NCBI GenBank assembly: GCA_965644495.1
Contig: CBFFSA010000004.1
Coordinates: forward strand, 868,001-932,000
DNA length: 64,000 nucleotides
Origin: Perkinsela sp. CCAP 1560/9
Lineage: Eukaryota; Protista; Euglenozoa: Kinetoplastea
Reading direction: 5' to 3'
Notes under the pieces: model-generated
Databases searched by the model: none
What the model was told of the DNA's origin: nothing
The model's input: the letters and a program-made list of their open reading frames with translations, nothing else
Made by a program: the position numbers and the translations under genes
Part shown: positions 54,646 through 64,000 of the stretch, one piece after another
Numbering within the stretch: the first letter of the stretch is position 1
Layout of the letters: every line of letters starts with the position of its first letter

Positions 54646-56694
54646 ATGTTGAAGCGTTCTGTACGTTTCTTTTGCAACGCAGGCGTATCTGATCTTACCT
54701 CCGCCTTGAGTTCTCTGAACAGATCTTCGCCGGATTCAAACAAATTGCTCCCGCTCCTCGAAGCGATGCGCGAGAAATCTCACAGCATTCCCACTTGGGC
54801 TATGTCTCAAGCCGCACAGCTCGGACGCCAAGCGCACCTGAGCGAAGCTGTGGTGAAGCTATTTCTGGCCGGCTACAATTCACCCTCACTTCGAAAGCTA
54901 TGTCTTTTTGACAATGCAGTGGACTGTGCATACGATACGGGATCCTCAAGTCATATTCTCGCCCTGGTGAGGGGCGCTATGAGCAAACTTACTTCGGATC
55001 AGGATGATATAGTTTCTCAACTAGCATTGTGTCGCGCTCTGTGGCGAGCAGTGCTTTTATCTGTGAAAAATCCAAAGGAGACGTTCGAGCACCGCAAAGC
55101 TGCCTTCTATCTGCTCAGCATTGTACGAAATGTGGTTCCTTTCGTGCTTTCCTCGACGAACGAGCAAAGTGATTCGTCGAACATACCAACCAAGGATTGT
55201 AAAGAATCTTTTCTGGGAAATAGGCTCGCTTCAACTCTGCCAAATGATGATGAAGTAGTAGTTTCCTCGATTTCTCGATTCTGTAGGTATGGTACGATCG
55301 ACGAAGGGGAATGTTCCTTTTACCACTATCTTTATTCCCATTTTCTTATCTTTTGTCCTGTGTCTCCTGCACTTTCGCATGTGACGCTTACTTTGCTGCG
55401 AAGCTGTGAGCGCCTTCGTAACTCCACTCTTGCAACTGAGTATTACACTGCGTATTGCAGGAAACGCTCGATCAATGATGAAGAAGTGGATGAGGCAATA
55501 TGGGTCTCCTGGGGACATACTCTGAATGCGGATGGAAAGAGCGAGACCGTCTTGGACACTGCAGCCCGAATCTTAAGCCGGAGACCCGAGTATGTTCCCT
55601 CCCAGGGAGTGGTTTCTACAATATCACGTGCTACGCATCAAACGCGAAACGTATCGCTTATCCGGGTCGTGCTTGAGCGCTTAACTACGGTCGATTTGTT
55701 GAAAGAAACTGTGGAAGTGAAAGCGTTACGGCAGACTGTGAGGCAGAGTACCCACATATGTTTGCAAATGCTAGCCCGGTTTGGGGTTCTTGATTTTGAG
55801 ACAATTCTGAACGAGTGCGTAGAAAAGGGTATGATAGATTCCGACGCTAATAGTTTGCTAGCAAGACTTCTAACGTGGACAATGAATACTGTGAATCCGT
55901 CGGAACAATTATCGAAGTTTGAACCTTTATTGGAAGATTTACGAAGCATAAATGAGGATGTGGCAGGAGCCTTATTGCAGGTATACTCTCGAGTTCAGCA
56001 TGACCGTCTGTACAATTTTTATTGTACTTTGCAAGAGCGGAACATGAGAAAGCTTCCCTGGTTTATATCACTCTTGGAATGGGCAGAGGCTCGGAGGTAC
56101 AGCATAGAATCATCTATGGTAAGGTTCATCAGCGAAGAAGCGAAAAACTTTGATGTTCAAAAAATTCAAATATATCGCAATGTCAACTCGGAGTCCGTAT
56201 TACGAGGCCTGGAAGAACGAATAACTGAGACTCAGGCTCATACGAATACAATTTTGACGCGTTCGAAGCAAAATGTACAAACAGTGGAAAAAGAATTTGA
56301 AGATAAAATTAGAACTGACCTCGGAAATGAGCATTGTGTTCGTTTCGAAAGGTTGCGTCATGCGTCCCTACATGATCCGAAGCGTATATCTCGATATGAG
56401 TATAATGAATATTACGTAAAGATGCCGTACCTGAGGGACGAATCTGCAAGGAATAGAGAAACTAGTGCACCATACGATAGTCTACAATTTCGAGATATCT
56501 TCTTAAGAAATTTTGATGCTTGTATGCAAATTTCTTATTTGAGAAGCCTGCTACACGAATCAGTGCGACGCATGCAATATAAGAAGCTGCGACTTGACGC
56601 TGAAGCTTTAAGTTTGATACTAGACACAGGTATCAGCATGAAACCAAGCACAGAAGCACAACTTGGTTTCCGTTTACCTGCTATTTCCTCGTAA
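54646..56694 (+). CDS. Hypothetical alpha-helical protein, probably mitochondrial
   Basis: 682-aa ORF with presequence-like MLKRSVRFF. Confidence 0.75.
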   Translation: MLKRSVRFFCNAGVSDLTSALSSLNRSSPDSNKLLPLLEAMREKSHSIPTWAMSQAAQLGRQAHLSEAVVKLFLAGYNSPSLRKLCLFDNAVDCAYDTGSSSHILALVRGAMSKLTSDQDDIVSQLALCRALWRAVLLSVKNPKETFEHRKAAFYLLSIVRNVVPFVLSSTNEQSDSSNIPTKDCKESFLGNRLASTLPNDDEVVVSSISRFCRYGTIDEGECSFYHYLYSHFLIFCPVSPALSHVTLTLLRSCERLRNSTLATEYYTAYCRKRSINDEEVDEAIWVSWGHTLNADGKSETVLDTAARILSRRPEYVPSQGVVSTISRATHQTRNVSLIRVVLERLTTVDLLKETVEVKALRQTVRQSTHICLQMLARFGVLDFETILNECVEKGMIDSDANSLLARLLTWTMNTVNPSEQLSKFEPLLEDLRSINEDVAGALLQVYSRVQHDRLYNFYCTLQERNMRKLPWFISLLEWAEARRYSIESSMVRFISEEAKNFDVQKIQIYRNVNSESVLRGLEERITETQAHTNTILTRSKQNVQTVEKEFEDKIRTDLGNEHCVRFERLRHASLHDPKRISRYEYNEYYVKMPYLRDESARNRETSAPYDSLQFRDIFLRNFDACMQISYLRSLLHESVRRMQYKKLRLDAEALSLILDTGISMKPSTEAQLGFRLPAISS

Positions 56695-56958
56695 AACTTA
56701 ATGCACTTGAACTAAGGTGGAGTAAACTTCGGTTTTTGTCAACTGTAACATACAGTGTAGAGGGTTGAAAAGTACCTCTATTTTTTTCCACCGTGCGTGT
56801 AGAAATTCATTTTGTAAAGTATTTGACAGTAGTACTAGGTAAGTAAAGGTAAGTAAAGGTTTGTAAGAGGGGTCACAACAAGTGATTTTACACATTCAGG
56901 TGGTCCCATAAGGTTGATACCTTAGAAAATCTTTCATTCCTCTGGTCCTACCAAACAA

Positions 56959-57258
56959 ATGTTGAGTATCGACGTTACTAACCCACCCCCACCTGCTTCA
57001 CATGAGACAACTTCTGAGAGCACACCGATTGAAAAATTGCCTTCATTTTTTCCGTTAGTGGTGCCACGTTGCAAAGCGCCGGCGGAAGATTTTTTTAAAT
57101 GTTTTTCTCATTCAAGCCAAGCACTTGATGACAGAAATAGACCTGTTGAAGAGTCGATTTATGAATGCCAAGAGTCACTTGCGGCATACGAATCATGCAT
57201 GAAATTACACTATGAGCATACCGAGAAGAAACGGAAGAGATTTTTAGGGATATTTTAA
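56959..57258 (+). CDS. Twin CX9C small protein (mitochondrial intermembrane-space type)
   Basis: CKAPAEDFFKC and CQESLAAYESC. Confidence 0.7.
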   Translation: MLSIDVTNPPPPASHETTSESTPIEKLPSFFPLVVPRCKAPAEDFFKCFSHSSQALDDRNRPVEESIYECQESLAAYESCMKLHYEHTEKKRKRFLGIF

Positions 57259-57532
57259 TCAAGGCAACGTTTTTTCCATAAAAAGTTTGCCATTTCTCGT
57301 GCCTTCATGCGTATAAACAAGAACGATCTAGTCTTGCGACTCAAGATTTGCGTGAATAAGACACCATTGTCCATCTTTTACGACATTCTCTTGGACTGGA
57401 GTAGTAAACGTTTCGATCCGTCTCAGTAGTATTTTCATCGTGATGTTTCCACATAGCAAATGTACATGTAAACGATTATTTCTTTAATGTCAGTAAATCC
57501 TTACTGATTCGTTCCTTATTTTATCGTCTTGC

Positions 57533-58362
57533 ATGAACGTGTTACAGACTTCTAAGTCACGCCCCGCAAAAGTGAGCGCCGCGAATTTGCCACAAGAATA
57601 CGAGCTCTCAGAACTGGTACAAGATATCGCAAACCCACACAAATCTTGGAATACGGAAGTAACAGCGTGCGATTGGGAGTATGTGACGTGCGATGAACAA
57701 GGTAACGTCTCTGAGCTTAAGTGGAACATCAATGTGATTGGTGGATTTGGCTATGATCCAGCGTATGACGAGGAAATTTGGGACATTCGAAATTTGCGTG
57801 GTACATTGCATTTCGCATGTCTCCCGCGAACAGTCGCAATTTTTGATGTCTCGTTTCCGAAATCAGAGGGGCTGATTGGAAATGTATCCCTCAGTAATCT
57901 TCCATCAAATCTGTATCGTTTATCTTTAAGTGGAATAGGTTTTCAGGATCATTGGATTTGACATCGCTGCCAAATACAATGTATAGATTGGATCTCGGAC
58001 ACAACCGATTCACAGGCAGTGTGTGTTTTACTAAGCTTCCGGCATATATGTGTGGCCTGCATCTTGAAAGTAACCTTTTCACCGGAGCTATTGATTTAAC
58101 AGCACTGCCCGCTTCGATACTCGACTTGAGCGTTGCAAATAATAAGTTTTCGGGTGCCGTTATGCTGCAGCATCATTTGCCATCATCTTTGGGGTCTCGT
58201 ACACAGGGGCAGAAGTTAGAAAGCCTCTGGGGGTTATCTGGGAGCGTAAAGAAATCATTTCTTCCAAAGTTCACGAATGTAAAGCACACAAGTATCCATA
58301 TCACAATAATTTTTTTCATTAACCTTGAAGTTCTGGCATGTGATGTACCAATGTTTTTGTAG
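57533..58362 (+). pseudogene. Frameshifted LRR gene
   Basis: Adding one A at 57934-57935 restores LSLSGNRFSGSLDLTSLP; the C-terminus is also degenerate. Confidence 0.8.
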
Positions 58363-58835
58363 GCGCGATTGCATAGTTCTTTGTAGATTCTACTAGAAAC
58401 GATTTGTTACTATTACTCACACAGTTTAGTACAATAAGCGGAGGATTAGTACCTAAATTGCACAACACTACCCACTAGCTATACTGTTAGTTAGAGAATA
58501 AGAACGTTTTTTTATTGAACTATTGGAATATACACTTGTAGGCAAGTTAGCTAACCATGTTATTAATCTGTATGATTGAGCCCAGTGCATTTGTGAAGAA
58601 TGGATGTAAACGGGTGGAAATTTCATCCTAAGCGGAGAGGCGCTTAAAAGTAAGTATTATCCAGGGGTCTGAAAATCTACAATATCTATAATTATAGTAC
58701 TACATACAGTAGTACTATAATGTAGTATTATAATACTATTATCCCTGTTAAAGTACTTTATCTCTGTCAGTATATTGGTGCAGTAGAGTGTGCCGGCTCA
58801 GTAGCTGCTTAATTTATGTATCAGGATATTTATCT

Positions 58836-60440
58836 ATGCGTGAACAAATGAACCTTTCTACATCTTCGGATTTTCGCGGGAACAAAGTGGGTGCACCGAA
58901 ATCGTTTCGTTCCCCTTCAAGGAGGTCGCCGCGCGCCCACGACGTGTCACGTCGCATCGTTCAAAAACTAATTCCTCCAGGAGAAAGTCTGTCAAACTTT
59001 TGCAGAAGTGGAATTGAAACTTCATTCTTCTTCAAAGGCTCAACCATTAGAAAGTTATTCGGAACAAAGAACATGATGTTTGCCGTCAATAATGGTTCGT
59101 TGCAGCCCGGACATGATCTTGACATTGTGCGCTATGATAGCGATGAGCACACAAGATTAAGTTTTCCGAACATTCCGAATCCGATTCCAGGGAAAAGGTT
59201 TCTTCGAAATGCAATGGGACAGGGATGGAGTGTGCGTTTCTTGCATCCACAGAGCTACAGTGCTCGCATGCGTCGCCTACTCCGGTCCATGGAGGATGTG
59301 TTGGGCTGCTACTGTGGTGCCAACACTTATTACACTCCAGCAGGCGCTCAAGGATTCGCCCCTCATTTTGATGATGTTGACGTATTTATCATACAGACTG
59401 AAGGCAGAAAAAAGTGGTCTGTGTATTCTTACGACGGAATCCGTCCTCGGTATCCCAGTGAAGACTTCTTTGAGGATGACATAGGACCCCCTGACTTCCA
59501 ATACGAACTCGAGGTTGGTGATATTTTGTATCTACCGCGGGGAACTATACACTACGCACAGTCGTTTCCTGACATACACTCTCTTCACGTCACATTGAGT
59601 GCAAATCAACGAAATACCTACATCGATTACTTACATAGTCTTTTTCATATGGCGGTTGAAAAAATTGCTGAAAATAACTCGAATGCTCGTCGTACAATTT
59701 CTTATGAGATTCCTTTTGCCTTTGGCACTGCGTTCGACCCTACAACAAGATTACCCAGAAAAATATATGATGGTAATGAATTGTGTCATGACTGCGATGA
59801 GACAGGGTTTTCTGCTTGTATTGCAAATTTTGTTGAAGATGTATTCGACGTTTTAAGCGCATCGTTGCCTGGAAGTATTGAAGATACAGCAAACGAAGCG
59901 CAAACAAATGCAATCAAATGTAAGCGAAGGGAGTTCGCGCCCTTAGTAATGAAGAAAGATGTCCTATCTCTTGCAATGGATCAATATATGAAGAGCAATC
60001 TCACCCATACGCATCCAATTCTTAGGCTTAAAGAACAGAATGTCAATACGTACATGTATGAGGATTCTAACTTTAGACGTCCAGAAAAGGTGATTCGTCT
60101 TTTGGCTAGACAGTCCGTACGAGTATGTCTGGAAGCCGGAGAGTGTCGCATGTATTACGTCTCTCCTATAGAAAACGTACCTGAAACGGAGGGAAATAGA
60201 AAACGTACACACTGCCCTAGGACTGTGCGCAGAGGATCCAGCCACGAGCCCGTTGGAATGCTACGGTTTGAAATCACTTTCGCCAATGCTCTTTCACAGA
60301 TCCTTTGCGCCTATCCGGACCCTATGCCAATAGATGAGTTGAGTTTTGACACACGACATTTCTCTAAAAATGACGTGCGCGACAATCGCGGTTTACTATG
60401 CAAAAGCTTGGTTGAAACGGGTCTATTTCTCGTTTTATGA
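58836..60440 (+). CDS. RIOX1: JmjC ribosomal oxygenase, NO66/RIOX1-like
   Basis: GANTYYTPAGAQGFAPHFDDVDVFIIQTEGRKKW, GDILYLPRGTIHYA, HSLHVTLS. Confidence 0.88.
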   Translation: MREQMNLSTSSDFRGNKVGAPKSFRSPSRRSPRAHDVSRRIVQKLIPPGESLSNFCRSGIETSFFFKGSTIRKLFGTKNMMFAVNNGSLQPGHDLDIVRYDSDEHTRLSFPNIPNPIPGKRFLRNAMGQGWSVRFLHPQSYSARMRRLLRSMEDVLGCYCGANTYYTPAGAQGFAPHFDDVDVFIIQTEGRKKWSVYSYDGIRPRYPSEDFFEDDIGPPDFQYELEVGDILYLPRGTIHYAQSFPDIHSLHVTLSANQRNTYIDYLHSLFHMAVEKIAENNSNARRTISYEIPFAFGTAFDPTTRLPRKIYDGNELCHDCDETGFSACIANFVEDVFDVLSASLPGSIEDTANEAQTNAIKCKRREFAPLVMKKDVLSLAMDQYMKSNLTHTHPILRLKEQNVNTYMYEDSNFRRPEKVIRLLARQSVRVCLEAGECRMYYVSPIENVPETEGNRKRTHCPRTVRRGSSHEPVGMLRFEITFANALSQILCAYPDPMPIDELSFDTRHFSKNDVRDNRGLLCKSLVETGLFLVL

Positions 60441-60589
60441 GCTGAAATGTCAATAATGGATTTGGTCAAATGTCCCTGTTTTTCCGCCAAATTTTTAAAT
60501 GTTTTCTCCAAATACTGATTTTTTTTTTCGCTATTCGTTTCGTCATTTTCAGTTGCTTGGTCTATCTTTACATGCCTTGCACGGGGTGT

Positions 60590-61260
60590 GTTTGATTTTC
60601 TTGTCGACGAAAGCTAACAATAAGTAAGATTTCAACTTGGACCGAAAAGCAATGCGTGGCGTGGCTACAAAACCATATGTTGGTGGTTCAAAAGGTCATA
60701 CAAGGGTGAAAACCTTATGGTGGGGGGAAATTTTCTACGAATTTTATACCCCCCACCATGGGATTTTAACCCCTGTGTGTTGCAAGAAAAAAGCAAATTA
60801 ATCGAAATTTTGATGCAAATAGTTCCAGGTCGCACTTCCGCTTCTCTTGTACACGGAATTACGGAATTTACCAGAATTTGGATGGACGGCGCTCGTCACA
60901 ATATTCGTCTCCGGGGGGACTACTAGTGGGAAAGCGTGAACCACCGTCGGCAGTGGGTCACTGAGGAAGGTGTATACAAAAACACTGTGGGGTGCGCGAC
61001 TCAATCGTCAAGAAGCGCTCGAAGCGTGAAGGTGGCATGTTGGACCGGAAAGCCGCCCGGAGAGAAGATCGGGTGCAAGCCTATGCAGAGCAAGGAAGCG
61101 GAAGTTGGAAGTGCAATGGCGGGGAATGCATTGCTGCACGTGCTTTAAAATTTAAAAGAGCTTTGCGCTTGCGTGTATGTATAGTGTCTGCTTTTTAAGC
61201 ATAAGTTGTCAGTTCAAGTTGTTCAACAGATTTTGAGCAATTTGTTAACATATTTATGGA
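60590..61260 (+). mobile_element. Merlin/IS1595-type transposase remnant
   Basis: FLVDES, IWMDG and WESVNHRRQWVTEEGVYKNT with stops; homologous to 29990-30420. Confidence 0.75.
60701..60775. mobile_element. 75-bp hairpin MITE nested in the Merlin remnant
   Basis: CAAGGGTGAAAACCTTATGGTGGGGGG / CCCCCCACCATGGGATTTTAACCCCTG; resembles the Tc1 left end at 49210. Confidence 0.6.
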
Positions 61261-61468
61261 AAACACGAATTTTGCTCAGCCGTTACCCTCATCACATAAT
61301 TTCGCAACAGTACTCAAATGCTCGAGGCAGACCAAACACTTCCTTGAGTAATCGGGAGAGTGACAATAAACAAAAATATCTCCGTAAAACACATTAAACA
61401 AGAAGACACCAGTACCATTGCAATCACAAAATCTAAAGATACTTCATTTCTTTTTACATCCGACTCTT

Positions 61469-62824
61469 ATGCCGACATTCACACACCTCCCCGTGACCTT
61501 GACATCCGATGAACCACGACGCGGGCGCGTTCGCGGTGCCGTCATGCCCGCCGAGTACTACCTGGAGCGTTTTATCCAGCACCTTAACAACCCGCACCGC
61601 TCCTGGCACTCCCGTCGTGCGGCGTGTCGTTGGGACGGCATCACGTGCTCCGATGCGGGAGTCCTGGAGGACATGGCATGGAACGAACGTGAGCTCTCCG
61701 GGAACCTCTCCTGGAGCTACATCCCCAACACCCTGCTCTATCTCGACCTCAAAGGGAATGAACTCGACGGGGGCCTTTCCCTCCCCGAGCTCCCCCCCAC
61801 CCTGGAAACCCTTTACGGGGACCATAACCAATTTACGGGGTGCCTTGATTTACGCTCTCTCCCCGGCAACCTCTCCGATATCCGTCTCGGGAACAATCAT
61901 CTCCACGGGGAGCTCGAGCTCACCTCGCTGCCCCCTCCGCTTACCTATCTCGGGTTAAACCGTAACCGTTTCGAGGGGGGGATCTCCCTCGAGGCCCTTC
62001 CCCCGTTGTTGGAGTACATCCGACTGGATCATAATCAATTCACCGGACCCGTGGAGCTGCGGAATTTGCCCAAGACCCTGCAGGATTTGTATCTGGACCA
62101 CAACGCGCTGAGCGGTCACCTGTGCCTCAGTGCGCTCCCCCCGTCGCTGGAGTATGTCCGGCTGGAGCATAACGCGTTCGAGGGAGCGGTGGATTTCACC
62201 CGACTCCCGGAGGCGCTGAGTGATATCTACGTGGACCATAACCGGTTAAGCGGGGCGTTGGATTTGACCCATCTCCCGCCTCGATTGGCGTATGCGCACC
62301 TGGAGAAGAATGAGTTTAGTGGAGGGTTGGGGCTGGATAACCTTCCGCCGGGTTTATCTTTTCTTCGGGTCGATCATAATAATTTGACCGGGGGGCTGGG
62401 TTTGCGACATCTGCCACTGGAGATGGAGACGCTTTATGTGAACCATAACGAGTTCGAGGGGGGCGTGGATCTAACCGGGCTACCTGGCCAACTTCTGGAT
62501 CTGCGGGTGGACCACAATAGGCTGAGTGGGCCGGTGCAATTCGAGATACTTCCCGGTGGGCTGCAGATGCTTCGACTGGACCATAATCGGCTCACAGGGC
62601 CGGTGAATTTGGCGAACCTGCCGCCCGCCCTTACATCGCTTCGGTTAGAGTATAATCAACTCGACGGGATCGCGGATCTGCGACATTTGCCCAACGGAAT
62701 GCTAGAGGTGAACTTGCGAAATAATGACTTCGTGGCGTTTGAGAAACCAGAGATTCCCCCTTTGCTGTGCGTATTCCGATTGGGATCATCACACTCCAAA
62801 AAAAAGAGGACTGTGAAGCGATGA
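61469..62824 (+). CDS. Leucine-rich repeat protein, long form (about 14 repeats)
   Basis: GRVRGAVMPAEYYL, AACRWDGITC and tandem 24-aa LRRs. Confidence 0.92.
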   Translation: MPTFTHLPVTLTSDEPRRGRVRGAVMPAEYYLERFIQHLNNPHRSWHSRRAACRWDGITCSDAGVLEDMAWNERELSGNLSWSYIPNTLLYLDLKGNELDGGLSLPELPPTLETLYGDHNQFTGCLDLRSLPGNLSDIRLGNNHLHGELELTSLPPPLTYLGLNRNRFEGGISLEALPPLLEYIRLDHNQFTGPVELRNLPKTLQDLYLDHNALSGHLCLSALPPSLEYVRLEHNAFEGAVDFTRLPEALSDIYVDHNRLSGALDLTHLPPRLAYAHLEKNEFSGGLGLDNLPPGLSFLRVDHNNLTGGLGLRHLPLEMETLYVNHNEFEGGVDLTGLPGQLLDLRVDHNRLSGPVQFEILPGGLQMLRLDHNRLTGPVNLANLPPALTSLRLEYNQLDGIADLRHLPNGMLEVNLRNNDFVAFEKPEIPPLLCVFRLGSSHSKKKRTVKR

Positions 62825-63061
62825 GGTGCATAGGGGTACGACTGCGCATAGGGGTACAACCCTAATTTTGTAGAGTACGTTGTTTAAGAATAATGGATAC
62901 AGGTTTACAGAAACGGAGTGAGAAATGGGGATTTTGGTATTGTGTCAACAAGTTTCATTGTTTGTGTAATTGATTCTCTTTGTATTATCTTGCTCATGGT
63001 TTTCGGTTTGTCCTTTTACAAACCATAGACTTCTGCCTACTTGCATTGCTTCGCTAGGACA

Positions 63062-63676
63062 ATGCCGACCTTGGAGCCTGTCTTGGAATATCTTTTCGGT
63101 CCCGCTCCTGGACATGAGTACGATGACGATGGACAGACGTGTTCTGTTTGCATTGACTTTTGCGCCGCCGAAACCGACCGTTTCGAGAGAGAGCTGGGTG
63201 TTGTCCCCTGGGGAAGTGCTTTCTCTCGCCAACGTGAGGCCACGCGAGGGAGGCTGCGCGAAGTTGAGCGCTGTCGTCGCTATTGTCAGCAATATCTTAC
63301 ACTCTGTAAAACACAAAATGTAGAGCGAAACGAGCTGCAGAACTCCAAAAATGAAGAAAAAACGTCACTGGAGACTACCAGCGAATGTGCTTCTTCATAC
63401 CGCTTGTGGAAAAATTATCTTTTTGTCCTGCGTAACCGACCCACGACTATGGAGATTTATGCTCCTACCAATTTGTCGCCCAACATGCGTGGACGCGATG
63501 CATTGCCAAATCAGAAACCCACTCAAGAACAGCAACCGAGGCCTGACTTTGCAAAGAGCTTAGCAGAATTAAAGCAAAAACATTTTCGAGCCATTGGAGA
63601 GAATGATACTTCACCTATCACTCTGGCAGATCAACACGCCACAATACCCATTGAAGCGAGGGATCTTACAAAATAA
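63062..63676 (+). CDS. Hypothetical protein
   Basis: About 204-aa ORF on the coding strand; Cys-containing N-terminal domain. Confidence 0.6.
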   Translation: MPTLEPVLEYLFGPAPGHEYDDDGQTCSVCIDFCAAETDRFERELGVVPWGSAFSRQREATRGRLREVERCRRYCQQYLTLCKTQNVERNELQNSKNEEKTSLETTSECASSYRLWKNYLFVLRNRPTTMEIYAPTNLSPNMRGRDALPNQKPTQEQQPRPDFAKSLAELKQKHFRAIGENDTSPITLADQHATIPIEARDLTK

Positions 63677-64000
63677 TGTGCGAGAAACGTGTTTCGCTGT
63701 GCAGATTGAAAGCACTTTATTCATCATGAATCACAGCGAGATCCACATCCCTTCAATTATTCTTCCGAAATGCTGCACGGAGGTAGTACATTGTATCGTG
63801 TTCCAATGATGTTTTACATACAGGAAACATACCGTCCCCTCACTATTTTCTTTTTCGTATCTGCACCCCTACTTTAAACCAGGGTCCGAAAAACTCCAAA
63901 AACTATTTTCTTTCATTTCAACTCGATATTCAATTACATTGAAGGTTACGCATTGGCTCTTCTCTTATCGAAGTATCGAGCAAAATGACTCTAAGATGGA

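Noticed and set aside
1-64000. tRNA, rRNA or spliced-leader RNA genes
   Set aside because: None recognised by eye; tRNAscan-SE and Infernal would be needed to exclude them

Overview
Eukaryotic nuclear DNA from a kinetoplastid. All intact host genes are intronless and on the + strand, and the window carries the kinetoplastid gRNA-annealing protein MRP1/gBP21 and a trypanosome-type TFIIA-gamma. The expanded short LRR family suggests a Perkinsela-like (prokinetoplastid) organism (inference). It holds about 20 housekeeping or hypothetical genes, 11 paralogous LRR genes (2 disrupted), and AT-rich intergenic tracts full of DNA-transposon debris (Tc1, Merlin/IS1595-type, many MITEs, some nested) plus a decayed retro-type RNase H. 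Most interesting observations: (1) a large-type thioredoxin reductase ending GGT TGC TGA GGT TAA (Gly-Cys-Sec-Gly) with a well-formed type II SECIS about 170 nt downstream, i.e. a seleno-TrxR in a lineage whose best-studied members lack TrxR; (2) three dispersed degenerate HDV/R2-like ribozyme copies; (3) about 12 GC-rich islands that flip abruptly from C-rich to G-rich regardless of gene boundaries; (4) a foldback-like element of inverted 20-bp arrays around a rod hairpin; (5) a highly structured 577-bp insertion without TSD that splits an LRR gene precisely. All calls come from reading the sequence; no searches or folding programs were run.
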